Positions 30,926 to 38,720 are shown, numbered from the stretch's first letter. The stretch: DNA of 43,019 nt from Methanomicrobiales archaeon (GCA_003160755.1 QEXZ01000001.1:1-43019); one strand, 5' to 3'. The notes: generated by a model from the letters alone, not told the origin. Numbers and translations are program-made.

Positions 30926-30999
30926 CGGGCTCGACGGGATTTGAACCCGCGACCGACGGGTTAAAAGCCCGCTGCTCTACCTTTCTGAGCTACGAGCCC
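30926..30999 (-). tRNA. tRNA-Lys (anticodon UUU)
   Basis: The reverse complement folds as GGGCTCG-TA-GCTC..GAGC-A-GCGGG-CTTTTAA-CCCGT-CGGTC-GCGGG-TTCAAAT-CCCGT-CGAGCCC-G. Confidence 0.9.
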
Positions 31000-31498
31000 T
31001 TTTTAGAGATGCTTTTAACATCTCAAGTGCAGCGTCTACCGCTTCGCGTTTGTTCTCTCCCCTATCCCCCTGGAAGATATGTTTCTCATGGTAGACGTAT
31101 TCCTTTGTTGCCAATGCTATATAAACTAATCCAACGGGTTTGTCCGGCGTTCCCCCAGTGGGTCCAGCAATGCCAGTGGTTGCAATCCCAATATTGGCAT
31201 CCAGCAGATTTATTACTCCGCTCGACATCTCACGCGCGCACGCTGCACTCACCGCGCCTTTTTCTTTTAGGGTCTTCTCAGCAACGTGTAGGATTTTTTG
31301 CTTTACCTCATTTGAATAAGCCACGACGCCGCCTTTATAATAGTCTGAACTTCCCGAGACATTTGTTATTCTATGCGATAGCAGACCACCCGTGCAAGAT
31401 TCTGCGGTACAGAGACTTAGCCCGCCCTTTCTTAGCTCGTCCCCGATTGCTCCTTCTATCGGAATTTTACCCCTCTCTCTCTCCATCTCCACCCTCAT
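30977..31498 (-). CDS. CinA C-terminal domain / nicotinamide-nucleotide amidohydrolase PncC family
   Basis: LCTAESCTGGLLSHRITNVSGSSDYYKGGVVAYSNEVK and GIAGPTGG motifs. The 3' end overlaps tRNA-Lys by 23 nt. Confidence 0.82.
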   Translation of the reverse strand: MRVEMERERGKIPIEGAIGDELRKGGLSLCTAESCTGGLLSHRITNVSGSSDYYKGGVVAYSNEVKQKILHVAEKTLKEKGAVSAACAREMSSGVINLLDANIGIATTGIAGPTGGTPDKPVGLVYIALATKEYVYHEKHIFQGDRGENKREAVDAALEMLKASLKRARSSER

Positions 31499-31571
31499 TC
31501 GTTTTTCCTTGTTATCTACAAAAAAAGCTTTACCAAAGGCATATTATTGTTTGTTATACTATAATATAAGC

Positions 31572-32063
31572 TTAGCCCTGTGAGGCACCATATCTCACTT
31601 TTACTGCTACACCATGCTCGAACTTTTTCATCTCTTCTCCCGATAGCATAGCTTTTCCCGTGGCAAGTAGATTATCGTGCTCATCCACCAATATGACCTC
31701 ATCGTAAGCCCGTATCGCGGGGTCAGCGTCTATTAAGTGTTTGCAAAACGCGGTTCCCCCGTCCTTTATAAATTCACTGCTCTCTTCGTTCATAACCACA
31801 CGTATTCCTGGATATTCAAAAAACCGATGCAATCTTTTTGCTCCTTCTATACTCAGCGTTAGTAGTCCGTCAACGCTCCTCAAGGTTGCTATTCGCGTTC
31901 CGAGAAGATTATCTTTTATCTGCGATATTCTTCTTGTCTTTGAGAGCATAAATTCCAAGGTATCCGTATCAGGGAACAGGGTTTCACCGGCACCGCGGCC
32001 AAATTGATAATCCGCTATGGTTCTTGCCGTTTTGAGCTTTTTATTCCTTTCTTCTTCTTTCAT
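31572..32063 (-). CDS. PUA-domain RNA-binding protein
   Basis: ADYQFGRGAGETLF N-terminal motif and a C-terminal PUA-like segment (DEVILVDEHDNLLATGKAMLSGEEM). Exact family not resolved. Confidence 0.55.
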   Translation of the reverse strand: MKEEERNKKLKTARTIADYQFGRGAGETLFPDTDTLEFMLSKTRRISQIKDNLLGTRIATLRSVDGLLTLSIEGAKRLHRFFEYPGIRVVMNEESSEFIKDGGTAFCKHLIDADPAIRAYDEVILVDEHDNLLATGKAMLSGEEMKKFEHGVAVKVRYGASQG

Positions 32064-32137
32064 TTCTGGTGGCTATATCCATAAAATGCAATTTCTCTTT
32101 TAAGTTTCTCTTTACTAAGAATATTTGGATTGAAATT

Positions 32138-32470
32138 ATGAAGAAAAGGAGTAGAAAAGGAAGAATAGAAGACATTGCCTTACAGCGGATAGAGCGGCTG
32201 TTCGAACTCGCAGAAGCCGATGCGAGAGAAAATAAGATGAAAGGGAGAAGCAGGAGGAGTGATAGATACGTGCAGCTTGCGCGAAAAATTGGGATGCGGT
32301 ACAGGGTGCAGATACCACATCAGTTAAAGATGCGGATTTGTAACGGTTGTTATGCCTTCTTAGTCCCGGGTGAAAATGCACGCATTCGCCTACGAGGCGA
32401 TTATATCACGACAACTTGTCTGAGATGTGGTAAGCAGATGAGACGACCTTATAAAGGACTTGGGGAATAG
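32138..32470 (+). CDS. rnp4: RNase P protein component 4 (Rpp21/Rnp4)
   Basis: IALQRIERLFELAE..., RYVQLARKIGMRYRV.IP, zinc ribbon CNGC...CLRCG. ATG at 32138 chosen. Confidence 0.85.
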   Translation: MKKRSRKGRIEDIALQRIERLFELAEADARENKMKGRSRRSDRYVQLARKIGMRYRVQIPHQLKMRICNGCYAFLVPGENARIRLRGDYITTTCLRCGKQMRRPYKGLGE

Positions 32471-32505
32471 CCAATAGCCAATAGCCAATAGCCAATAGCC
32501 AATAG
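32471..32505. repeat. Heptanucleotide microsatellite (CCAATAG)x5
   Basis: Perfect tandem array starting immediately after the rnp4 TAG stop, which itself completes a sixth partial unit (gAATAG). Confidence 0.95.
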
Positions 32506-32565
32506 GGGATGGGGGTGTATTTGCCCGATTCATCTAAAAAAATCACTACCTAGCACTGTCGAATG

Positions 32566-32712
32566 AATTTTCTAGTGGAATTGCTATATTCTTAAATTTC
32601 ACCACAAGGCACACAGAGAGCGCAGAGACACCAGAAAAAACTGAGCAATGATTGTAACCGTCTAAAAACTCTGTGTGCTCGGCGCTCTCCGCGGTGATAA
32701 ATCACTATATTT
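32566..32712 (+). repeat. Family-C interspersed repeat, longest copy
   Basis: AATTTTCTAGTGGAATTGCTATATTCTTAAATTTCACCACAAGGCACACAGAGAGCGCAGAGACACC...CTCTGTGTGCTCGGCGCTCTCCGCGGTGATAAATCACTATAT. Internal 10-bp inverted repeat GCACACAGAG/CTCTGTGTGC. Abuts the aminotransferase stop. Confidence 0.8.
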
Positions 32713-33843
32713 TTAGATAGTACCCACTACCTCATTCATTATTGCAAAAGCTCGCTTTAAATCATCAAAACTCGCAGCATACGATATTCTCACGTGATTC
32801 TTGCCCATAGTTCCAAATGCCGACCCTGGTGTGACTATTACCCCTCTCTGCTTCAACGTATCTACAAATTCTTGCTCATCACCTACACGAGGGAAGATAT
32901 AAAAAGCTCCTTTTGGCGTGTTGAACGTCATCGCCATATCGTGAAGAGCATCAACGGCAAAATCGCGTCTTCTTTTGAACTCGCTTCTCATCTCTGCTAC
33001 ACCGTCCTGTGGACCTGAAATAGCAGCCAACGCAGCGTGTTGCGAAATGGAAGATGCGCAGGCTTGAATATACTGATGGATTTTCAGCATTTGCTCTACG
33101 TATTCTTCACGAGCTGCAAGATAGCCCAGTCTGAACCCGGTCATTGCGTATGTCTTTGAGACCGCATTCACCGTGATGACTCCCGCGTCAGAGAACCTCG
33201 CGGGGCTTGTGTGCTTCAAGCCATCGTAAATAAGATGCTCATAAACCTCATCGGAAATGATGGTTATGTGGTGGTCGTGGGCGACGTCAACGAGTGCTTT
33301 TATGTTCTCCTCGGTTTCCACCGCACCCGTGGGATTAGCAGGGGAATTTATTATCATCGCTTTTGTTTTTGGCGTGATTTTTTCCTTTACTGCTTCAGAA
33401 GGCATCGTGAAGTCTTCGCTTTCGCTTAGCGGGACACCGACTGGCCTCGCCTCTGCCAATTTCGTTAGTGGTGCGAATGAAACAAACCCGGGATTCGGTA
33501 TCAGCACCTCATCTCCTCTTTCTACAACTGCAAGGAGTGCTATATGCAACGCTTCGCTCGCACCAGCCGTAACTATTATCTCTTCAGGGCTAACAGAAAA
33601 ATCGTTATCTCGTTTGAACTTGTCGCATATCGCCGCTCTCAGTTCTCCAATGCCTTTATTAGAGGTATAAGAGGTAAATCCAGCGTTAAGTGCTCGTATA
33701 GCGGCTTCCTTTACATGCGCCGGTGTATCGAAGTCAGGTTCACCGAGACCCAGGTTGAAGAAGTCGCCAGATGCGGTTTCGAATGCTTTCCTTATGCCTG
33801 AAATATCTATGTCTGCAATACGATGTGCAAATTTTTCGACCAT
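32713..33843 (-). CDS. Class I pyridoxal-phosphate-dependent aminotransferase (aspartate aminotransferase family)
   Basis: GEPDFDTP, NPxNPTG (SPANPTG), SKTYAMTGFRLGY PLP-lysine motif. Confidence 0.85.
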   Translation of the reverse strand: MVEKFAHRIADIDISGIRKAFETASGDFFNLGLGEPDFDTPAHVKEAAIRALNAGFTSYTSNKGIGELRAAICDKFKRDNDFSVSPEEIIVTAGASEALHIALLAVVERGDEVLIPNPGFVSFAPLTKLAEARPVGVPLSESEDFTMPSEAVKEKITPKTKAMIINSPANPTGAVETEENIKALVDVAHDHHITIISDEVYEHLIYDGLKHTSPARFSDAGVITVNAVSKTYAMTGFRLGYLAAREEYVEQMLKIHQYIQACASSISQHAALAAISGPQDGVAEMRSEFKRRRDFAVDALHDMAMTFNTPKGAFYIFPRVGDEQEFVDTLKQRGVIVTPGSAFGTMGKNHVRISYAASFDDLKRAFAIMNEVVGTI

Positions 33844-33905
33844 TTTTCTGTGTTTATATTTTCTACCTTTAATATGATATTAATGATAATCACGGAGGAT
33901 ATGAA

Positions 33906-34709
33906 ATGACACACGATGCTTTATTGAAGGTGTTTGACGAACTCGCTGCTTATTTGTCGGCGTACAACGTAATATCCGAAGGCGAACTCGTTTTGAAGAT
34001 ACACGAAAGTATAAAATCGCTGCTCACTGGTGCCGAAAGAGCCGATCTGGAGACGAAATTGAACGGAACTTTGGAAGACGTGATTTTCAAAAGCATAACA
34101 AGTACCGAAAAGGTCTCTGTTTTTTCTCCTGACATGCATACACGGATAAATTATCAAGGAGAGGTGTTTTACTGCGTGCCAACGCATAGATACATGAGTA
34201 ATGAGCTGGAGGCGGCTTTTTTACGCTGGGCAAGGATACGGAGCCCCCCGAGTGCGTTAAAGCATGTGGTGAAAGATTTTATGGAACGATGCGGCTATCA
34301 GGTAGAAAACATGGAGCCTAAAAAGGGGCATATCGAGATGATAGCGGTGAACAAGTACAAAAATCAAAACGGGCATAAAAGCATGCACATCTTCATTTTC
34401 CCCTCGATAACGTTTGTTCCTCAGTTTGTAGACGAAATGGAGAACACAGAAGCAGAGGATGAGCAGGAAAACGTAAACGTAATTGTTGTTCCAACAGAGA
34501 AGACGCCTGCTCCTTTTATCTCGTTCTTACGCGAGCATGACGCGGGTGCCGCAATGATATGGGTGGCGGATGTAGAGAAGAGAACAATAGACCCTTTTAT
34601 AGGGGATCCCGGAGATGACGACGCCATAGAGGCTAATTTTGCCAATCCAGAACAGGCGAGAAAAGCGGTAAGTGTATGGACGAGGAAAATGCACTTCGTT
34701 GAGTTATAA
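33906..34709 (+). CDS. Hypothetical protein (267 aa)
   Basis: Long ORF with coding-like composition, an acidic linker (NTEAEDEQEN) and a plausible start context. I recognise no family. Confidence 0.55.
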   Translation: MTHDALLKVFDELAAYLSAYNVISEGELVLKIHESIKSLLTGAERADLETKLNGTLEDVIFKSITSTEKVSVFSPDMHTRINYQGEVFYCVPTHRYMSNELEAAFLRWARIRSPPSALKHVVKDFMERCGYQVENMEPKKGHIEMIAVNKYKNQNGHKSMHIFIFPSITFVPQFVDEMENTEAEDEQENVNVIVVPTEKTPAPFISFLREHDAGAAMIWVADVEKRTIDPFIGDPGDDDAIEANFANPEQARKAVSVWTRKMHFVEL

Positions 34710-34815
34710 TTTTGCGATTGTTTACCGCTGAGCACGCAGAGAGCACAGAGAATCAGGAAAAAAAATTGTCGTCTCAGCGCTCTCCGCGATCTCGGCGGTG
34801 AATAAATACATGATT
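34706..34815 (+). repeat. Family-C interspersed repeat
   Basis: ATAATTTTGCGATTG...CTGAGCACGCAGAGAGCACAGAGAATCAGGAAAAAAAATTGTCGTCTCAGCGCTCTCCGCGATCTCGGCGGTGAATAAATAC between convergent genes. Abuts the UppS-like stop. Confidence 0.75.
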
Positions 34816-34817
34816 AT

Positions 34818-35558
34818 TCACTGTCCAAATCGTCTTTTGCGTAACTGAAAATCGCGTACAGCACGAAGCAGGTCTATCTTCCTGAATTTCCGCCAATTAA
34901 TGTCCGTGAAATAAAATTCGCTGTACACCGATTGCCAAATCAAGAAATCGGTTAAACGCGTTGTGCCCGACCTGATAACGAGATCGGGGTCTGACTTGAA
35001 TATCAACTCCGATTCTATCAATTTCTCGTCTATCTCTTCGGGCTCTATTTCACCTGCTTTTACCTTCTTTACAATCTCTTTTATCGCTTTTGTCAGCTCG
35101 CTTCTCCCGCCCAACCCGATAGAAATATTTATTTCCCTTTCTTTGTTCCGCATGTCGCTCTCGTTATCTGCACTTGCATCGGCACCCTCTACGGATTTTT
35201 TATACGCTGCTCCCGGTCCTGGTCCTAGCCCTGGGCCGTCCGTATATATTGCGATAGAAGCTTTTTCTTTACTCAGCATCCTTGTTATGCTCTCCGTGAG
35301 GTGCGAGTATGCTTTTTCTAACACGTTCTTGTCCACCCCATCGCGAATAACGCCGATGTAAACACTTATAATCTTTATCTTCAGGGCATAGCACCAATTT
35401 ATGAACTGCCTCAGTTGTTCCATTCCTATGGTATCGGAAAGAAGGTCAGATTCATCTAACACAAGGAGAACGTGATTCACCGGGATAGAGGAATTCAGGA
35501 TCCCTTTTTTTAATATCTTCTCATAGACGTACACGATGGGGCCTAACATAGATAGCAT
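34818..35558 (-). CDS. cis-Prenyltransferase (UppS) homolog lacking catalytic N-terminal motifs
   Basis: C-terminal region V is conserved (DLVIRSGTTRLTDFLIWQSVYSEFYF...WRKF..IDLLRAVRDFQLRKRRFGQ*). The DGNRR-type motif is replaced by LDESD and the FS.EN motif is absent. A GPGLGPGPG-containing insertion is present. Confidence 0.7.
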   Translation of the reverse strand: MLSMLGPIVYVYEKILKKGILNSSIPVNHVLLVLDESDLLSDTIGMEQLRQFINWCYALKIKIISVYIGVIRDGVDKNVLEKAYSHLTESITRMLSKEKASIAIYTDGPGLGPGPGAAYKKSVEGADASADNESDMRNKEREINISIGLGGRSELTKAIKEIVKKVKAGEIEPEEIDEKLIESELIFKSDPDLVIRSGTTRLTDFLIWQSVYSEFYFTDINWRKFRKIDLLRAVRDFQLRKRRFGQ

Positions 35559-35565
35559 AGCATAG

Positions 35566-35651
35566 CGCCGGGAGAGGGATTCGAACCCTCGCTCCCCATA
35601 AGGGGAAGTAGGTTAGCAACCTACCGCCTTAGACCTCTTGGCTATCCCGAC
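35566..35651 (-). tRNA. tRNA-Ser (anticodon GCU)
   Basis: The reverse complement folds with acceptor GTCGGGA/TCCCGGC, anticodon stem GTAGG/CCTAC with loop TTGCTAA, a long variable arm (CCCC-TTAT-GGGG) and T arm GAGGG-TTCGAAT-CCCTC. Confidence 0.88.
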
Positions 35652-35707
35652 CGACCGTGTCAACATTATTTAATGTATGTAGATAAACTATATTATAGTA
35701 TTTTTTA

Positions 35708-35830
35708 TTTGAGACGCAGATTTACACTGATTTACGCAGATTTATTTTAGTTTAACCGTGTTTGTTGATTCTTTTCATCTGTGTTAATCTGCGTTAATCT
35801 GTGTCTTAATCTGTGTCTCTAATTTGTTTA
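35708..35830 (+). repeat. Family-A interspersed repeat, full copy (left end degenerate)
   Basis: GAGACGCAGATTTACACTGATTTACGCAGATTTATTTTAGTTTAACCG...CATCTGTGTTAATCTGCGTTAATCTGTGTCTTAATCTGTGTCTCTAATTTGT. Abuts the ubiX stop codon. Confidence 0.85.
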
Positions 35831-36409
35831 TATCGCTTTCCACCGCTTTATTAGATCGTCCTCCTGCTTTCCAGCACCGAGTTCAATCCCGAAAACGTCA
35901 AGTGCGCGTGCCACGATAAAATCAACCATATCGAGCACGGTTTTTGGCTCGTGGTAAAATGCTGGCGATGCAGGCAGCATAATAGCGCCTGCTTTCTTTA
36001 CCGTAACCATATTCGTAAGATGAATAAGACTGAGTGGCGTTTCCCGTGGAATAATCACCAATCTTCGACTTTCCTTTAAGCATATTTCGGCTACTCTCGC
36101 GACCAGCGTGGTGGATATGCCCGATGCAATGGTGCCCAGCGTCTTCATACTGCAAGGCGCTATTATCGCTCCATCATACCGCACGGACCCGCTACTTAGC
36201 GCTGTTGTGAAGTCGGAATTGTCGTACACGTGAGAAGCAAGCGCATATACCTCATCGAGTTCGTATTCGGTTTCGATAGAGATTATTTTTTTTGCGGGCT
36301 CGGATACAATGAGATGAGTATCGGCAATGTTTCGCTCTTTTAGCACTTCTAACAGTCTTATTCCGTATATGACTCCACTTGCTCCTGTTATGCCCACTAC
36401 TATTTTCAT
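35828..36409 (-). CDS. ubiX: Flavin prenyltransferase UbiX
   Basis: MKIVVGITGASGVIYGIRLLEVL, PCSMKTL, ~190 aa. Confidence 0.9.
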   Translation of the reverse strand: MKIVVGITGASGVIYGIRLLEVLKERNIADTHLIVSEPAKKIISIETEYELDEVYALASHVYDNSDFTTALSSGSVRYDGAIIAPCSMKTLGTIASGISTTLVARVAEICLKESRRLVIIPRETPLSLIHLTNMVTVKKAGAIMLPASPAFYHEPKTVLDMVDFIVARALDVFGIELGAGKQEDDLIKRWKAI

Positions 36410-37401
36410 TTCAGTTCTTTTCTAATAGGCTCCAAGACCTCATTTAAATATCGCACTGCATTTGTCTTTACGTCTAACGGGTGCAGCCGTCCACCTACAT
36501 AATCGCGTTTGAAGTCCTCATAACTCATATAATTTATATTGCCGCCGTATTTATCTTTCCTTTCTATCTCCACTGCACCGATATTTTCATCGGGAAATAA
36601 GGTGTGCTTGTAGATTTGCAGTATCGGATTGCTGTCTGCTACTTCAGGTGGGCAATATGCATCCATCAATTTCTTCTCCACGCTTTCCTCAGACTCATGC
36701 ACCGCTATGTAATTACCCAGCGATGAAGACATCTTCTCGCCATCTAACCCGATTAATAGCGGCGTATGGATACAGATAGGCGGTTTAAAACCCAGCTTCG
36801 GCAGGTTCTCGCGTGCAAGCATGTGTATTTTCCGCTGGTCTATACCACCTACAGCCACATTTATGTTAAGGAACGCGATATCTATGGCTTGCATCAACGG
36901 GTATATCGTCTGAGATACTTTACGGTCTTTCGTGCTCCTCGATAGCTCATCCATGCTCCTCCTCGCTCGTTTTTCCGTCGTCACCGTAGCGAGCTTTAAC
37001 ACGTTCATCATATATTCTTGCTCCATCTGAAAAGAGGAGCCAAAAATGAACTCGGTCTCGTCGCTTAACCCTGCTGCGGCAAAACACCTCTTGTTGTAGT
37101 CTGCGGTTTCCCTTATCTGCTCAAAGCTACCTTTTTCATTCAGATATGCGTGCATATCGGCGAGAAGCACGATTATGTGAAACCCAATACGTTGCAGTTC
37201 CCGAAGCTTGTTTAATATGGGCAAATGCCCGATGTGCACACTGCCACTCGGCTCATATCCTACATACGCTCTTAACTCCCTGCCTGATTCTGACTCGGAC
37301 TTTGACTTTGCCATTAATGCCAGAGCATCCACTAATTCTTCCCTCGTTATTATCTCCTCCACGTTTCGTTCTAAAATCTTTATCGCTTCGCTTTCTTCCA
37401 T
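36406..37401 (-). CDS. tyrS: Tyrosyl-tRNA synthetase (archaeal type)
   Basis: YVGYEPSGSVHIGH (HIGH), KMSSS loop, ~330 aa. 4-nt overlap with ubiX. Confidence 0.92.
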   Translation of the reverse strand: MEESEAIKILERNVEEIITREELVDALALMAKSKSESESGRELRAYVGYEPSGSVHIGHLPILNKLRELQRIGFHIIVLLADMHAYLNEKGSFEQIRETADYNKRCFAAAGLSDETEFIFGSSFQMEQEYMMNVLKLATVTTEKRARRSMDELSRSTKDRKVSQTIYPLMQAIDIAFLNINVAVGGIDQRKIHMLARENLPKLGFKPPICIHTPLLIGLDGEKMSSSLGNYIAVHESEESVEKKLMDAYCPPEVADSNPILQIYKHTLFPDENIGAVEIERKDKYGGNINYMSYEDFKRDYVGGRLHPLDVKTNAVRYLNEVLEPIRKELK

Positions 37402-37705
37402 TTTAGCGGTTCATTTTTGATTTTGCATAGATATTACCGGTAAAAGAGCGATAATACCCTTTTCCCTTTTCCCTTTGCCTACCTTCACTTAATTATAGGG
37501 GATTCTACTTATAAAATTTTCCATTTCCATTTGAGGAGATAGAGAGAGGAGAGAATAAAAAGTTTTTAAATGCTAAGATAAATTTATATTCTGATAACAT
37601 CTATGGAAAAAGGAGTTAAAAATATGCCCCAAAAAGCTTTATTCAACGCCGACATAACCGGACAGGACAAGAGGGTTGTGGAATTTTGAATGCGAAGGCA
37701 ATATT

Positions 37706-37750
37706 ATGACAATGAAAGCATTAGTAACCGGCTGTGCAGGCTTCATATAA
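37706..37750 (+). pseudogene. Remnant of an NAD-dependent epimerase/dehydratase N-terminus
   Basis: ATG ACA ATG AAA GCA TTA GTA ACC GGC TGT GCA GGC TTC ATA TAA encodes MTMKALVTGCAGFI*, the Rossmann GxxGxxG start of SDR epimerases. It stops exactly where a family-B repeat begins. Confidence 0.5.
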
Positions 37751-37843
37751 AAGTTTTAAGAAAAGTTTGAAAGAAAGGTTTGTGCTAAAAGAAAAACCTT
37801 TGGAAATGTTTTTAGTCAAGGTTTTTTGCGAAGCAAAAAAGTT
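37751..37843 (+). repeat. Family-B interspersed repeat
   Basis: AAGTTTTAAGAAAAGTTTGAAAGAAAGGTTTGTGCTAAAAGAAAAACCTTTGGAAATGTTTTTAGTCAAGGTTTTTTGCGAAGCAAAAAAG. Lies between the epimerase remnant and the RelE-toxin stop. Confidence 0.75.
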
Positions 37844-37845
37844 GT

Positions 37846-38130
37846 TTAGTGCTTCTTCCTGTAAATCTCATCGTGATGCCCCATATCAAGAAATCTAACG
37901 TTTTTCTCCGCTTCATCTATTTCAAATACCAAAACAAATGACTTCTCTATATGAACACGCCTCGAACCTTTTAAATCATGCCTCAACGGCTTGTAACGAT
38001 GAGGATTCCCCATTATCTCTTCTATCTTTTTTATCACAGCATCATAAAGCTTCTTATCCTTCTTATACGTTCTCTTTAACTTTGCTTTCAACTTCTTTTC
38101 GATGCTGTAGCTGTATCCATACACTTTCAA
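37846..38130 (-). CDS. RelE/ParE-superfamily toxin (mRNA interferase type)
   Basis: 94 aa with ...KKDKKLYDAVIKKIEEIMGNPHRYKPLRHDLKGSRRVHIEKSFVLVFEIDEAEKNVRFLDMGHHDEIY, the typical RelE/YoeB-like layout. 4-nt overlap with the upstream small ORF. Confidence 0.75.
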   Translation of the reverse strand: MKVYGYSYSIEKKLKAKLKRTYKKDKKLYDAVIKKIEEIMGNPHRYKPLRHDLKGSRRVHIEKSFVLVFEIDEAEKNVRFLDMGHHDEIYRKKH

Positions 38131-38378
38131 TCTTCCTCTATCAATCTCCGTAAATCCTTAATACCCGAGAATGTTTCAAAATCCCCTTCTTTTCGTATTT
38201 TCTCTAACTTCTTCAAATAATCCTCTTTAACCTCGTAAAACACGTCCGTATATATCTCAACCAGTGTTTCAAGCATTCCTTCTATCCCTTCCACTTTTCC
38301 CTTAAGAACCTCCACATCTTCTAATATCGCTCTTACCATACTCTTCTCTTCTACTTCCATTTCCATTTCAAACACCAT
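38127..38378 (-). CDS. Putative antitoxin of the RelE-type toxin
   Basis: 83-aa acidic coiled-coil-like ORF translationally coupled (ATGA) to the toxin. TTTATATAAAA lies about 24 nt upstream of the ATG. Confidence 0.6.
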   Translation of the reverse strand: MVFEMEMEVEEKSMVRAILEDVEVLKGKVEGIEGMLETLVEIYTDVFYEVKEDYLKKLEKIRKEGDFETFSGIKDLRRLIEED

Positions 38379-38417
38379 TTATTATTTTTTCTTGCTTTTA
38401 TATAAATCAACTTTCTC

Positions 38418-38432
38418 GTATGGTAACCATAC
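38418..38432. promoter_or_regulatory. Palindrome GTATGGT-A-ACCATAC upstream of the antitoxin promoter
   Basis: 7-bp arms located about 11 nt beyond the TTTATATAAAA box (38397-38407, minus-strand sense) of the antitoxin-toxin operon. Candidate autoregulatory site. Confidence 0.3.
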
Positions 38433-38563
38433 TTTTTCCGCAACACCGCAGCTTTTGTGTCTACAATGAGCCATATTTTTGTCTGTCATTCTTTCTTTTT
38501 TTCGCCTTTCACACCCTACACCACATAAGTGTGACGTTACATATAAAACTACAGGTAAAATTA

Positions 38564-38646
38564 TGCGGAGGGGGAGATTCGAACTCCCGAACCCCTGCGG
38601 GATGAGGCCCTGAACCTCACGCCTTTGTCCACTCGGCGACCTCCGC
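38564..38646 (-). tRNA. tRNA-Leu (anticodon CAG)
   Basis: The reverse complement folds with acceptor GCGGAGG/CCTCCGC, anticodon stem TGAGG/CCTCA with loop TTCAGGG, a long variable arm and T arm GGGAG-TTCGAAT-CTCCC. Confidence 0.88.
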
Positions 38647-38649
38647 ATG

Positions 38650-38720
38650 CACTTTTTCTTTTTAATAAAAAGAAAACCTGCACTAAAAGAAAAAATTATT
38701 TCTTTGGTAAAGCTTCTTAT
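38650..38720 (+). repeat. Family-B interspersed repeat
   Basis: CACTTTTTCTTTTTAATAAAAAGAAAACCTGCACTAAAAGAAAAAATTATTTCTTTGGTAAAGCTT. Starts 3 nt from the tRNA-Leu 5' end, between divergent tRNA-Leu and tRNA-Gly. Confidence 0.8.

Noticed and set aside
30913-31569. 218-aa plus-strand ORF
   Set aside because: It is antisense to the well-supported CinA/PncC gene and overlaps tRNA-Lys. It is Pro/Leu/Arg-rich with shadow-ORF composition.
38564-38646. Integrated element using tRNA-Leu or tRNA-Gly as an attachment site
   Set aside because: By eye I found no duplicated tRNA 3'-end segment (att repeat) within the window, and no integrase gene. The idea is kept only as weak context for the accessory islet.
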